From contig JAWXTQ010000001.1 of the NCBI GenBank assembly GCA_044433405.1, positions 1 to 44,384 of the forward strand: a DNA stretch of 44,384 bases. The letters are read 5' to 3'. Below are positions 36,391 through 44,384 of this stretch, in pieces. The stretch comes from Rikenellaceae bacterium (GTDB lineage: Bacteria; Bacteroidota; Bacteroidia; Bacteroidales; Rikenellaceae). The notes under the pieces were generated by a model. The model saw only the letters and a list, made by a program, of their open reading frames with translations, searched no databases and had not been told where the DNA came from. The position numbers and the translations under genes are program-made. Within the stretch, counting starts at the first letter, position 1. Each line of letters starts with the position of its first letter.

Positions 36391-37776
36391 ATGGTAAAGA
36401 AAAAATATAATATCGTAGAGAGGGAGTTTGAGGGCGATTTGCACACTCCTGTGAGTGCATACCTTAAGTTGCGCGACCTTTATCAACAATCTGCGCTTCT
36501 AGAGAGTTCGGACTACCACTCAGCAGAGAATAGTCGTTCGTTTATTGCAATAGCACCAATAGCGCAAATTGCTATCAATAACGCAAAGGCAAAAATGAGC
36601 CTTGAATCTAAGGAGTTTGCCTCTAAAAATATCACCTCTGATTATAGTGTAGGCGATTCAATAAAAGAGTTTATGGGTAACTTTGAGATTGAGGGCGACT
36701 ACAATATTTATGGTTATACTGCCTATGATACGGTTAAATATCTTGAAGAAATAGACGTTGATAGCCATTCGCTAAAGGAGAATGATGCTGCCGATATGTT
36801 ATATATTCTTTTCCGTTTTACTATTGTTTTTGACCACTTCCGCCACACCCTTACAATTAGAGAGTTGGTAGAGGAGGGAGCTGAGAGCGAGATTAATAGC
36901 ATTATTTCAGTAATTGAAAGCCGTAATTTTGCCTCGTATGGTTTCAAAAAGTGCGGAGAGCCCTACTCTACTATCACCGACCAACAATACATAGATATGG
37001 TAAAAGAGGGTGTACGCCACTGCCATAGAGGTGACGTGTTTCAGATTGTGCTAAGCAGACGTTTTATCCAGAAATATAGCGGTGATGATTTTGCTCTTTA
37101 TCGTAGATTGCGACGTATAAATCCATCTCCATATCTATTCTATTTTGATATGGGTGGAGTTAGAATATTTGGTTCATCGCCTGAGACTCATTGCAAAATC
37201 GAGGATGGTAAGGCCACTATCGACCCAATTGCAGGAACGGCCTTTCGTTGTGGCGAAATTAACGAGGATAATAGGCGAGCAGAGGAGCTTTTGCGCGATC
37301 CCAAAGAGAATGCAGAACATGTGATGCTCGTAGATTTAGCACGCAATGATTTGAGCCGAAATTGCAGCAATGTTGGGGTTGACTTTTATAAGCAGGTGCA
37401 ATTTTATAGCCATGTTATTCATCTTGTATCGCGCGTTTCAGGCACGCTTAAAGAGGGGGTTAATCCAATAAAAGCCTATACTGATACTTTCCCTGCTGGA
37501 ACGCTAAGTGGCGCACCAAAAGTGAGAGCAATGCAGTTAATAAATGAGCTTGAACCTCATAACAGAGGTATATATGGTGGCGCTATAGGTGTTATCAACT
37601 TTAATGGAAACTCTAATCATGCAATAACCATTCGCACATTTGTGTCACGTAATGGCCAGTTAGAGTATCAAGCAGGAGCAGGAATTGTGGCTCTAAGCTC
37701 TCCAGAGAGAGAGTTGCAGGAGGTAAATAGTAAATTAGGTGCTCTCTCTAGAGCTATTAACGAGGATTCTAAATAA
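36391..37776 (+). CDS. trpE: anthranilate synthase component I
   Basis: 461 aa. Chorismate-binding domain motifs (GDVFQIVLSRRF, NPSPYLFYF, GTLSGAPKVRAMQLI, GGAIG). Confidence 0.93.
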   Translation: MVKKKYNIVEREFEGDLHTPVSAYLKLRDLYQQSALLESSDYHSAENSRSFIAIAPIAQIAINNAKAKMSLESKEFASKNITSDYSVGDSIKEFMGNFEIEGDYNIYGYTAYDTVKYLEEIDVDSHSLKENDAADMLYILFRFTIVFDHFRHTLTIRELVEEGAESEINSIISVIESRNFASYGFKKCGEPYSTITDQQYIDMVKEGVRHCHRGDVFQIVLSRRFIQKYSGDDFALYRRLRRINPSPYLFYFDMGGVRIFGSSPETHCKIEDGKATIDPIAGTAFRCGEINEDNRRAEELLRDPKENAEHVMLVDLARNDLSRNCSNVGVDFYKQVQFYSHVIHLVSRVSGTLKEGVNPIKAYTDTFPAGTLSGAPKVRAMQLINELEPHNRGIYGGAIGVINFNGNSNHAITIRTFVSRNGQLEYQAGAGIVALSSPERELQEVNSKLGALSRAINEDSK

Positions 37777-37785
37777 TAAGAAAGC

Positions 37786-38364
37786 ATGCAGAAAATTTTA
37801 ATTTTAGATAACTACGACTCTTTTACCCATAATATAGCACACATGGTTGAGTCATTAGGTTTTGAGTGTGACATCTTTCGCAACGACAAGATAGAGCTTG
37901 ACGATATTGAGAAGTATGACAAAATCATCCTCTCACCAGGCCCTGGGATTCCATCCGAAGCGGGAATATTGTGTAGCCTTATCGAGCGATATGGTGCAAC
38001 TAAGAGCATCTTCGGCGTGTGTTTAGGAGAGCAAGCTATAGGTGAGGTGTATGGTGCTAAGCTTATTAATTTATCAACCGTATTTCACGGCATTGAGAGC
38101 GATATTGAGATTACCGAGCCAAGCGAAGCTATCTTTGACTCCCTTGAAGGGGAATTCAAAGCGGGTAGATACCATTCGTGGGTAGTAAGTGGTGATGAGC
38201 TTCCTAGCGATATTGAGGTGACAGCTATCGAGAAAACAACAGGTCAGATAATGGCAATTCGTCACAAAAAATATGATGTTAGAGGGGTGCAATTTCACCC
38301 AGAATCGGTGTTAACACCTCAAGGTGCAACTATCTTAAGCAATTGGTTGACATCAACTAAGTAA
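37786..38364 (+). CDS. trpG: anthranilate synthase component II (glutamine amidotransferase)
   Basis: 192 aa. Triad context GVCLGEQ and FHPES. Confidence 0.92.
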   Translation: MQKILILDNYDSFTHNIAHMVESLGFECDIFRNDKIELDDIEKYDKIILSPGPGIPSEAGILCSLIERYGATKSIFGVCLGEQAIGEVYGAKLINLSTVFHGIESDIEITEPSEAIFDSLEGEFKAGRYHSWVVSGDELPSDIEVTAIEKTTGQIMAIRHKKYDVRGVQFHPESVLTPQGATILSNWLTSTK

Positions 38365-38383
38365 CCCAATTAAATATGAGCAA

Positions 38384-39379
38384 ATGAAAAAAATATTAGA
38401 TCAACTTTTTGACTACGAGCCGCTAACTACAGAGCAGGCACGTGAGCTATTTTTAGGTATAGCTGAAGGTAAATACAATCACGCACAATTGTCGAGTTTA
38501 ATAACTGTGTTCTTGATGCGAAACATCTCACTTCAAGAGCTTAGTGGCTTTCGTTCAGGCCTTTTGGCTCTTGCCAAACCTATAGATTTTGGCACGCATG
38601 ACTATATTGACATTGTTGGTACGGGAGGCGATGGCAAAGATACATTTAACGTTAGTAGCTGTGCTGCCGTGGTTGTTGCAGCATCAAACTACAAGGTTGT
38701 AAAGCATGGTAATTATGGGGCATCGTCAGTGAGTGGAGCTTCAAATGTTATGGAGAACCACGGTGTGAAATTTACTGATAGCAATGATATTCTTAACCGT
38801 TCGCTAGAGCAGACAAACCTAGCCTATCTCCACGCTCCAATGTTTAACTCTGCAATGAAGGCTGTTGCGCCAGTGCGTAAGGATTTAGGTATTCGTAGCT
38901 TCTTTAATATGCTAGGCCCACTTATTAACCCTGCAACACCAAAATATCAACTTTTAGGTGTTTATAATCTTGCGATGCAACGACTATATTGCTATATGTT
39001 CCAACAAAATAAGAGCGATTTTGCAGTAGTTCATTCATTAGATGGGTATGATGAAATATCGTTGACATCTCAATTTAGTGTGAGCTCAACAAATGGCGAA
39101 AAAATATACTCTCCAGAGGATTTAGGTTTCGAGAGAGCGGCTCAAAGCGCACTGTATGGCGGAGAGACACCACAAGAGGCGGCTAAGATATTCAGTTCGG
39201 TATTGGATGGCACTTCTACCAAGGCTCAAAAAGATTGTGTTATTGCCAATGCAGCATTTGCAATAAATGTTATAGAGAGTCAAAAAGATATTAAAGAGTG
39301 CATTGCTATAGCCACTGAGGCTATTGATAGTGGCAAGGCGCTTTCGACATTCAAAAAATTTATTGAGATTAATTCATAA
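38384..39379 (+). CDS. trpD: anthranilate phosphoribosyltransferase
   Basis: 331 aa. DIVGTGGDGKDTFNVS and KHGN motifs. Confidence 0.92.
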   Translation: MKKILDQLFDYEPLTTEQARELFLGIAEGKYNHAQLSSLITVFLMRNISLQELSGFRSGLLALAKPIDFGTHDYIDIVGTGGDGKDTFNVSSCAAVVVAASNYKVVKHGNYGASSVSGASNVMENHGVKFTDSNDILNRSLEQTNLAYLHAPMFNSAMKAVAPVRKDLGIRSFFNMLGPLINPATPKYQLLGVYNLAMQRLYCYMFQQNKSDFAVVHSLDGYDEISLTSQFSVSSTNGEKIYSPEDLGFERAAQSALYGGETPQEAAKIFSSVLDGTSTKAQKDCVIANAAFAINVIESQKDIKECIAIATEAIDSGKALSTFKKFIEINS

Positions 39380-39384
39380 TTTAA

Positions 39385-40167
39385 ATGGAAGATATACTAC
39401 ATAAAATAGTCGAAAATAAGCGAGTAGAACTCTCTAAAACCAATTTTGATGGCATTGAGCAGAGAGCTCGAGAGTGCAAGCGTGTGCCTATCTCGATGGC
39501 TAATGCTCTTCGCACAAAAAAAGGGGGTATAATAGCTGAGTTTAAGCGCAAAAGCCCTTCGAAAGGGTGGATTAATCAGGATGGCAATCCAATCGAGGTG
39601 GTTAAAGGGTATAGCCAAGCTGGCGCGGCTGCCTGTTCTATTTTGACAGACAAAGATTTTTTTGGTGGCGATATCAACGATTTGATAGCTGCACGAAGTG
39701 TAGCAGGTGATACACCGCTGCTTCGCAAGGAGTTTATTATCGACCCTAGGCAGATTTATCAAGCGCGTGTTGCAGGTGCTGATGCCGTGTTGTTGATTGC
39801 AGCATGTCTCACAAAAGAGGAGTGTGCAGAGCTAGCCTCAGTAGCTCACAGTGTGGGTTTAGAGGTGCTCTTAGAGGTGCATGCAGAGAGCGAATTGGAG
39901 TATGTGAGTGATGATATAGATATGCTTGGGGTTAACAATCGCAATCTAGGAAGCTTTAAAACCGACATAAACAACTCCTTTATGATGGCCTCAAAGATGA
40001 GAGCTACAAATGCTAATGTTGTCCTTGTTTCGGAGAGTGGAATTGACGGGGTAGGCACTATCAAAGAGTTACAGAATGCAGGTTTTGAGGGATTTTTGAT
40101 AGGTGAGAGTTTTATGAAAAGAAGCAACCCTGCACAGGTAGTTAACCAGGTAATAAACGAGCTATGA
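39385..40167 (+). CDS. trpC: indole-3-glycerol phosphate synthase
   Basis: 260 aa. IAEFKRKSPSKG, LRKEFIID, LLEVH and NNRNL blocks. Confidence 0.92.
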   Translation: MEDILHKIVENKRVELSKTNFDGIEQRARECKRVPISMANALRTKKGGIIAEFKRKSPSKGWINQDGNPIEVVKGYSQAGAAACSILTDKDFFGGDINDLIAARSVAGDTPLLRKEFIIDPRQIYQARVAGADAVLLIAACLTKEECAELASVAHSVGLEVLLEVHAESELEYVSDDIDMLGVNNRNLGSFKTDINNSFMMASKMRATNANVVLVSESGIDGVGTIKELQNAGFEGFLIGESFMKRSNPAQVVNQVINEL

Positions 40168-40781
40168 TAGTTAAGGTTTGCGGCATGAGAGACAAGGCGA
40201 ATATATCCGCTCTAGCTCAACTAAAACCAACAATGATTGGCTTTATATTTTATGAAAAATCACCTCGCTATGTGGGTTCAACAGCGATGGAGACACCTAG
40301 TGAAATTTCGCGTGTGGGTGTGTTTGTCAACGCATCATTTGATGAGATTATCTCAAAAGCTCAAAGTTTTAAGTTGTCGCATGTTCAATTGCACGGCTCA
40401 GAAAGCGCAGAGCTATGCCGTAAGCTGCAAGGTAGTGGATTAAAAGTTATTAAAGCTATCTCGGTAGAGGGTGAAAGCGATCTCGAAGCGTGTAAAAAAT
40501 ATGACTCGGTGGTAGATTTTATTCTATTAGACACAAAATGTAGCCAATATGGTGGTTCGGGCCGACGATTTGATTGGAATATTTTGTCAAGCTACCATGC
40601 AGAAGCTCCATTTCTGTTAAGTGGTGGCATTGATGAAGATATGGCAGAGGAGATAACCCTAATTTGCCACCCTAAATTTAAGGGCGTTGACCTTAATAGT
40701 AGATTTGAGATATCGCCAGGGGTTAAAAACATAGAGAAACTAACTAATTTTATATCAACAATAAAGAACATAACACAATAA
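40164..40781 (+). CDS. trpF: phosphoribosylanthranilate isomerase
   Basis: 205 aa. MIVKVCGM start, QLHG and LSGGI blocks. Its start overlaps the trpC stop (ATGA). Confidence 0.9.
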   Translation: MIVKVCGMRDKANISALAQLKPTMIGFIFYEKSPRYVGSTAMETPSEISRVGVFVNASFDEIISKAQSFKLSHVQLHGSESAELCRKLQGSGLKVIKAISVEGESDLEACKKYDSVVDFILLDTKCSQYGGSGRRFDWNILSSYHAEAPFLLSGGIDEDMAEEITLICHPKFKGVDLNSRFEISPGVKNIEKLTNFISTIKNITQ

Positions 40782-41554
40782 TGAACAGAATAGATAAACT
40801 TTTTGCAGAGAAGGATAGTAATATTTTATCGGTATACTATCCTGCTGGATTTCCAAAGCTTGATGATACTATGGCAATCCTAACAGAGCTTCAAACACAA
40901 GGAGTAGACATGGTAGAGCTAGGAATTCCTTTTTCTGATCCTATGGCCGATGGCGTAGTGATTCAGGAGGCTGCTACTCAGGCTCTAACCAATGGAATAT
41001 CGCTAAAACTTCTTTTTGAGCAGATTGCCTCAATGCGTTCAACTATAGACATTCCCGTGATTTTAATGGGCTATCTAAACCCTATAATGCAGTATGGTTT
41101 CGAGCAATTTTGCGCTGATTGCCGCAAGGTGGGTGTTGATGGGGTGATTATTCCTGATCTTCCATTTAAGGATTATATCGAGAATTATAAAGAGATTTCA
41201 GAAAAATATGATATTAAGACGATCATGTTTATAACCTCCGAAACCTCTGCTGAGCGTATCAAACTAATTGATAAACACTCTTCAGGCTTTATATATATGG
41301 TCTCTAGTGCTGGTACAACAGGAGCGCAAAGCTCATTCGAAGAGTCTAAGGTAGCCTATTTCAACGAGATAGATAGCATGCAGCTTCAAAATCCTCGTTT
41401 GATTGGGTTTGGTGTCTCCAACAAACAAACGTTTGACTCTGCTTGCAAAAATGCAAAAGGTGCAATTATAGGGAGTCACTTCGTGAAGCTCCTAAAATCG
41501 CAACCAACAATCAGGGAATCAGTTTCAACATTAATTAATGACCTAAAAAAATAG
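40781..41554 (+). CDS. trpA: tryptophan synthase alpha chain
   Basis: 257 aa. ELGIPFSDPMADG and GFGVS blocks. Its start overlaps the trpF stop (TAATG). Confidence 0.93.
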   Translation: MNRIDKLFAEKDSNILSVYYPAGFPKLDDTMAILTELQTQGVDMVELGIPFSDPMADGVVIQEAATQALTNGISLKLLFEQIASMRSTIDIPVILMGYLNPIMQYGFEQFCADCRKVGVDGVIIPDLPFKDYIENYKEISEKYDIKTIMFITSETSAERIKLIDKHSSGFIYMVSSAGTTGAQSSFEESKVAYFNEIDSMQLQNPRLIGFGVSNKQTFDSACKNAKGAIIGSHFVKLLKSQPTIRESVSTLINDLKK

Positions 41555-41559
41555 TGTCA

Positions 41560-41587
41560 ATCAATAATTTTTTTATTGATGTTTTTT
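41560..41587 (+). terminator. weak AT-rich terminator after trpA
   Basis: ATCAATAA / TTTTT / TTATTGAT followed by GTTTTTT. The stem has only one G-C pair. Confidence 0.4.
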
Positions 41588-41591
41588 GTAT

Positions 41592-41599
41592 TACATTTG
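41592..41599 (+). promoter_or_regulatory. candidate -7 box (TACATTTG) for gcvT
   Basis: TAnnTTTG match 39 nt upstream of ATG 41638. No well-spaced -33 TTTG. Confidence 0.4.
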
Positions 41600-41637
41600 T
41601 GGATTATAAACTAAATAATATTTAAATTTCATATCCT

Positions 41638-42738
41638 ATGAAAACAACAGCATTTACTAATTACCATATTGCATCTGGTGCAAAGATGGCTGAATTTGCA
41701 GGTTACAATATGCCTATAGAGTTTACTGGCATCAACGACGAACATAAAACAGTACGTGAAGGCGTAGGTGTTTTTGATGTGAGCCATATGGGTGAAATAT
41801 GGGTTAAAGGTGAAAAAGCTGAGGCGTTTTTGCAAAAAGTTACAACCAACAATGTTGCTCTACTTTACGACGGAAAAGTGCAATACTCTTGCTTCCCTAA
41901 TGGTGAGGGTGGTATTGTTGATGATTTATTAGTTTACAGAATTGACTCTGTAACATATCTTCTTGTTGTTAACGCTTCAAATATAGAGAAAGATTGGGAT
42001 TTCCTTTGCAAACATGCAGAAGCAGAAGGACTAGAGATTGGCAAAGAGCTATATAACGCTTCAGACGAGATTGCTCAACTTGCAGTTCAAGGGCCACTAG
42101 CCATGAAACTAGTTCAAAAACTTTGCAGCGAAGAGGTTGAAAATAACGAGTATTACACTTTCACAAAAACTACAGTTGCTGGGTGTAGTGCTATATTATC
42201 TATCACAGGTTACACTGGTTCAGGTGGTTGTGAGATATATGTTGCTAATGAAGATGCAGCTAAACTTTGGGAAGAGCTTTGGAAAGAAGGCGAAGAGTTT
42301 GGTTTGAAAAATATCGGACTTGGAGCGCGTGATACACTTCGTTTAGAGTCAGGTTTCTGCCTATACGGAAACGACATTGACGACACAACATCACCAATCG
42401 AAGCAGGTCTAGGCTGGATTACTAAATTTGTAGATGGCAAAAACTTTATTGATAGAGACAAAATGGAGGCATTAAAAGCTAACGGCGTTAGCCGCAAGCT
42501 AGTAGGTTTTGTTATGACTGAGCGCGGAATTCCACGCCACGGATACGCTATCGTTAATAAAGAGGGCGAAGAGATTGGTCATGTAACCTCAGGAACAATG
42601 TCACCATCATACAAGGTAGGCTTTGGAATGGGTTATGTTGCAACTGAACACTCTAAACTTGAAAGCGAAATCTACATCTCAATCAGAGATAAGAAAATCG
42701 CAGCTAAAGTAACAAAATTACCTGCTGGATTAAAATAG
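41638..42738 (+). CDS. gcvT: glycine cleavage system aminomethyltransferase (T protein)
   Basis: 366 aa. GVFDVSHMGE, TGYTGSGG and GLGARDTLRLE blocks. Confidence 0.93.
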   Translation: MKTTAFTNYHIASGAKMAEFAGYNMPIEFTGINDEHKTVREGVGVFDVSHMGEIWVKGEKAEAFLQKVTTNNVALLYDGKVQYSCFPNGEGGIVDDLLVYRIDSVTYLLVVNASNIEKDWDFLCKHAEAEGLEIGKELYNASDEIAQLAVQGPLAMKLVQKLCSEEVENNEYYTFTKTTVAGCSAILSITGYTGSGGCEIYVANEDAAKLWEELWKEGEEFGLKNIGLGARDTLRLESGFCLYGNDIDDTTSPIEAGLGWITKFVDGKNFIDRDKMEALKANGVSRKLVGFVMTERGIPRHGYAIVNKEGEEIGHVTSGTMSPSYKVGFGMGYVATEHSKLESEIYISIRDKKIAAKVTKLPAGLK

Positions 42739-42838
42739 ATAATGATTAATGTGGCTGCTCACCAAACATAAGCAATAGAGAAACACAAGTTTCTTAGAAG
42801 AGGCGTTAACGGGTTAATCTGAAAAGTCGGTGGAGTGG

Positions 42839-43024
42839 TTAGCGGTTTTGGTTGATTTGTGCGGCTTTCACCGCATATGCTGCGCATATACTTGTAGTAA
42901 TAGCTTTTAATTTCTTATACTCATACCTTTAGGTATGAGTATAAGAAATTAAAAGCTATTACTACAGGGCGTGAGCTTTAGCTCATGCGGTGAAAACCGC
43001 TAAAGGAGTGAAAACCACTAAGAA
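42839..43024. repeat. composite REP-like element: interrupted copy of the 16.75-kb palindrome plus a nested 97-nt insert with a perfect 35-bp hairpin
   Basis: TTAGCGGTTTT (42839-42849). Left half GCGGCTTTCACCGCATATGCTGCGCATAT (42861-42889). Insert 42890-42986 containing arms 42893-42927 / 42932-42966 (loop TTTA). Right half CATGCGGTGAAAACCGCTAA (42984-43003), then a second GAGTGAAAACCACTAAGAAT. Confidence 0.8.
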
Positions 43025-43068
43025 TACATTTTGATACATATTGATCAATTTTCACCCCATTTTAGGCA

Positions 43069-43101
43069 TAAAAAAAGAGCTACATTTCTGTAACTCTTTT
43101 T
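43069..43101 (-). terminator. terminator downstream of tRNA-Phe (bidirectional shape)
   Basis: A-run, stem AAGAGCTACA / TTTC / TGTAACTCTT (one mismatch), then a T-run. Read on the minus strand it is followed by T7. Confidence 0.65.
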
Positions 43102-43106
43102 AACAG

Positions 43107-43179
43107 TGGTGCCACCAAGAATCGAACTAGGGACACAAGGATTTTCAGTCCTTTGCTCTACCAACTGAGCTATGGCACC
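43107..43179 (-). tRNA. tRNA-Phe (anticodon GAA)
   Basis: The reverse complement GGTGCCATAGCTCAGTTGGTAGAGCAAAGGACTGAAAATCCTTGTGTCCCTAGTTCGATTCTTGGTGGCACCA folds as a cloverleaf (acceptor GGTGCCA/TGGCACC, anticodon loop CTGAAAA). One U-U mismatch in the T stem. No encoded CCA. Confidence 0.88.
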
Positions 43180-43194
43180 GTTGTATTTCGTGTG

Positions 43195-43225
43195 CAAAGG
43201 TAATAAAAATTTTTATGTATCCAAA
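43195..43225 (-). promoter_or_regulatory. Bacteroidetes-type promoter for tRNA-Phe (-7 TACCTTTG at 43202..43195; -33 TTTG at 43225..43222)
   Basis: Both boxes are present with 19-nt spacing. The -7 box ends 15 nt before the tRNA 5' end. Confidence 0.65.
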
Positions 43226-43414
43226 TTTTTAGAGTAAAAAACTTTTTATTTTTTGATTTCGAGAGGGCTATTTTTATGTAGTTTGTTGATAATCTGTTTT
43301 TTGAGCAAGTTAATATTTTTTAAGATATATTTGTGAAATTTGCATTTCCAGATTTGTTTTGTAAATTTGTGGTTGTTCGTGTGATTGTTAATTGTAAAGT
43401 TAAAAGTAATCAAA

Positions 43415-44341
43415 ATGAAGAAAAATTTATCATTAGTTGTGACATTGTTGGTGTCACTAGTTTGTTTTGGTCAAACAAATCAACAAATCAGTGTAGCCTA
43501 TCCAAATCATGAGGTTGTGAGAGTTATATCCTATAATATTTGGAATGGCTTTGAGAACCAAAGTGATGTGTATCGTATGGAGGAGTGCGCATCATGGATA
43601 AAAGAGATAGATCCTGAGATAGTTGCATTGCAAGAGTTGTGTGGATTTACTGAAGAAAAGCTAGCAAAATTTGCTAAAATGTATGGTCATGATTATGTGG
43701 CGATACAGAAAGAGAATGGTTATCCTATTGGAGTTACCTCTAAACGTCCGATTGAGAAGATTCATGTCAATACAAAAGATATGGGGCATGGTTTTATCCA
43801 TGTCAAAACTTACGGAATAGATATAATTGCCACCCATTTAACCCCTTTTAATTGCAATAATAGATTGGCTGAGGCAAGGTTAGTAACAAGCTATATTAGT
43901 GATAATAAACTAGAAAAGTTTCTAGTTATGGGTGACTTGAATTCCCATTCTCCATTTGATGCTGAGCAGATAGAGACTCACACTGAGCTTGTGCGCAATT
44001 ATGCAGTGTATGGGCAGAATTACCCTGATAAAGACAACATCAGAGGTGATTTGCTTGACTACTCAGTTATATCGCATTTTATTTCTCACCCTATGGAGGA
44101 TGTTATAAGGCTATATGTTCCTGTAAAAGAGCGAATGACCTATCCTGCATTTTTCTTGCATGCTGACAACTACAAGGGCAAAGAGCATTTGTTACAGCGT
44201 GGTGAGCGAATAGATTATATATTCTCATCATATTCACTGATTAACAGCTGTATTAATGGACATGTATGGAATGGAGAGGATACAAAATATTTGTCTGATC
44301 ATTTTCCAGTAGGGATAGACATGTTATTAAAAATGGATTAA
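43415..44341 (+). CDS. secreted endonuclease/exonuclease/phosphatase (EEP) family protein
   Basis: 308 aa from ATG 43415 (MKKNLSLVVTLLVSLVCFGQ signal). EEP blocks (SYNIWNG, ALQEL, GDLNS, SDHFPV). The TTG start of the track ORF at 43385 is less likely. Confidence 0.85.
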   Translation: MKKNLSLVVTLLVSLVCFGQTNQQISVAYPNHEVVRVISYNIWNGFENQSDVYRMEECASWIKEIDPEIVALQELCGFTEEKLAKFAKMYGHDYVAIQKENGYPIGVTSKRPIEKIHVNTKDMGHGFIHVKTYGIDIIATHLTPFNCNNRLAEARLVTSYISDNKLEKFLVMGDLNSHSPFDAEQIETHTELVRNYAVYGQNYPDKDNIRGDLLDYSVISHFISHPMEDVIRLYVPVKERMTYPAFFLHADNYKGKEHLLQRGERIDYIFSSYSLINSCINGHVWNGEDTKYLSDHFPVGIDMLLKMD

Positions 44342-44384
44342 GCTGAATTCTTAGCGGTTTTATTGGGCGACTTTATTGGGCGGC

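Overview
This is a low-GC, Bacteroidota-type chromosomal window. Intergenic regions carry Bacteroides-style TTTG / TAnnTTTG promoter boxes, and many products have lipobox signal peptides. Most of it is core genome: dsbD (partial), cysS, lpxD, ruvC, tRNA-Leu(GAG), mutB/mutA, an SGNH hydrolase, bamD-rpoZ-coaBC-ABC-F, and a GH20 hexosaminidase co-oriented with a beta-propeller protein that has two CxxCH motifs. It continues with a TPR lipoprotein, pnp, a MATE pump, a C11-like peptidase, a complete trpB-E-G-D-C-F-A operon with a Trp-Trp leader-peptide attenuator, gcvT, tRNA-Phe(GAA) and an EEP phosphoesterase. No transposase, integrase, rRNA or CRISPR array is visible. The stand-out is a ~4.4 kb accessory island (29.9-34.3 kb, minus strand) of eight tightly packed orphan genes. 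Five encode cytoplasmic, transmembrane or lipoprotein products. They are followed by an 8-9-Cys zinc-ribbon ORF with no canonical start, a DUF6884-like protein and a GIY-YIG-like nuclease. The island looks more G+C-rich than its flanks and is my best candidate for an undescribed (possibly defence-type) system. Other items worth a second look: a promoter-to-terminator candidate structured RNA (20.99-21.16 kb); a hairpin-dense 0.64 kb non-coding stretch containing a 178-nt rod-like inverted repeat and a GC-rich multi-hairpin element; a REP-like palindrome family, one copy split by a 97-nt insert with a perfect 35-bp hairpin; a 32-bp phased AACTGCACTAA triplet; and a ~52-nt dispersed repeat. All family names come from motif recognition by eye. 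No searches or computations were run.
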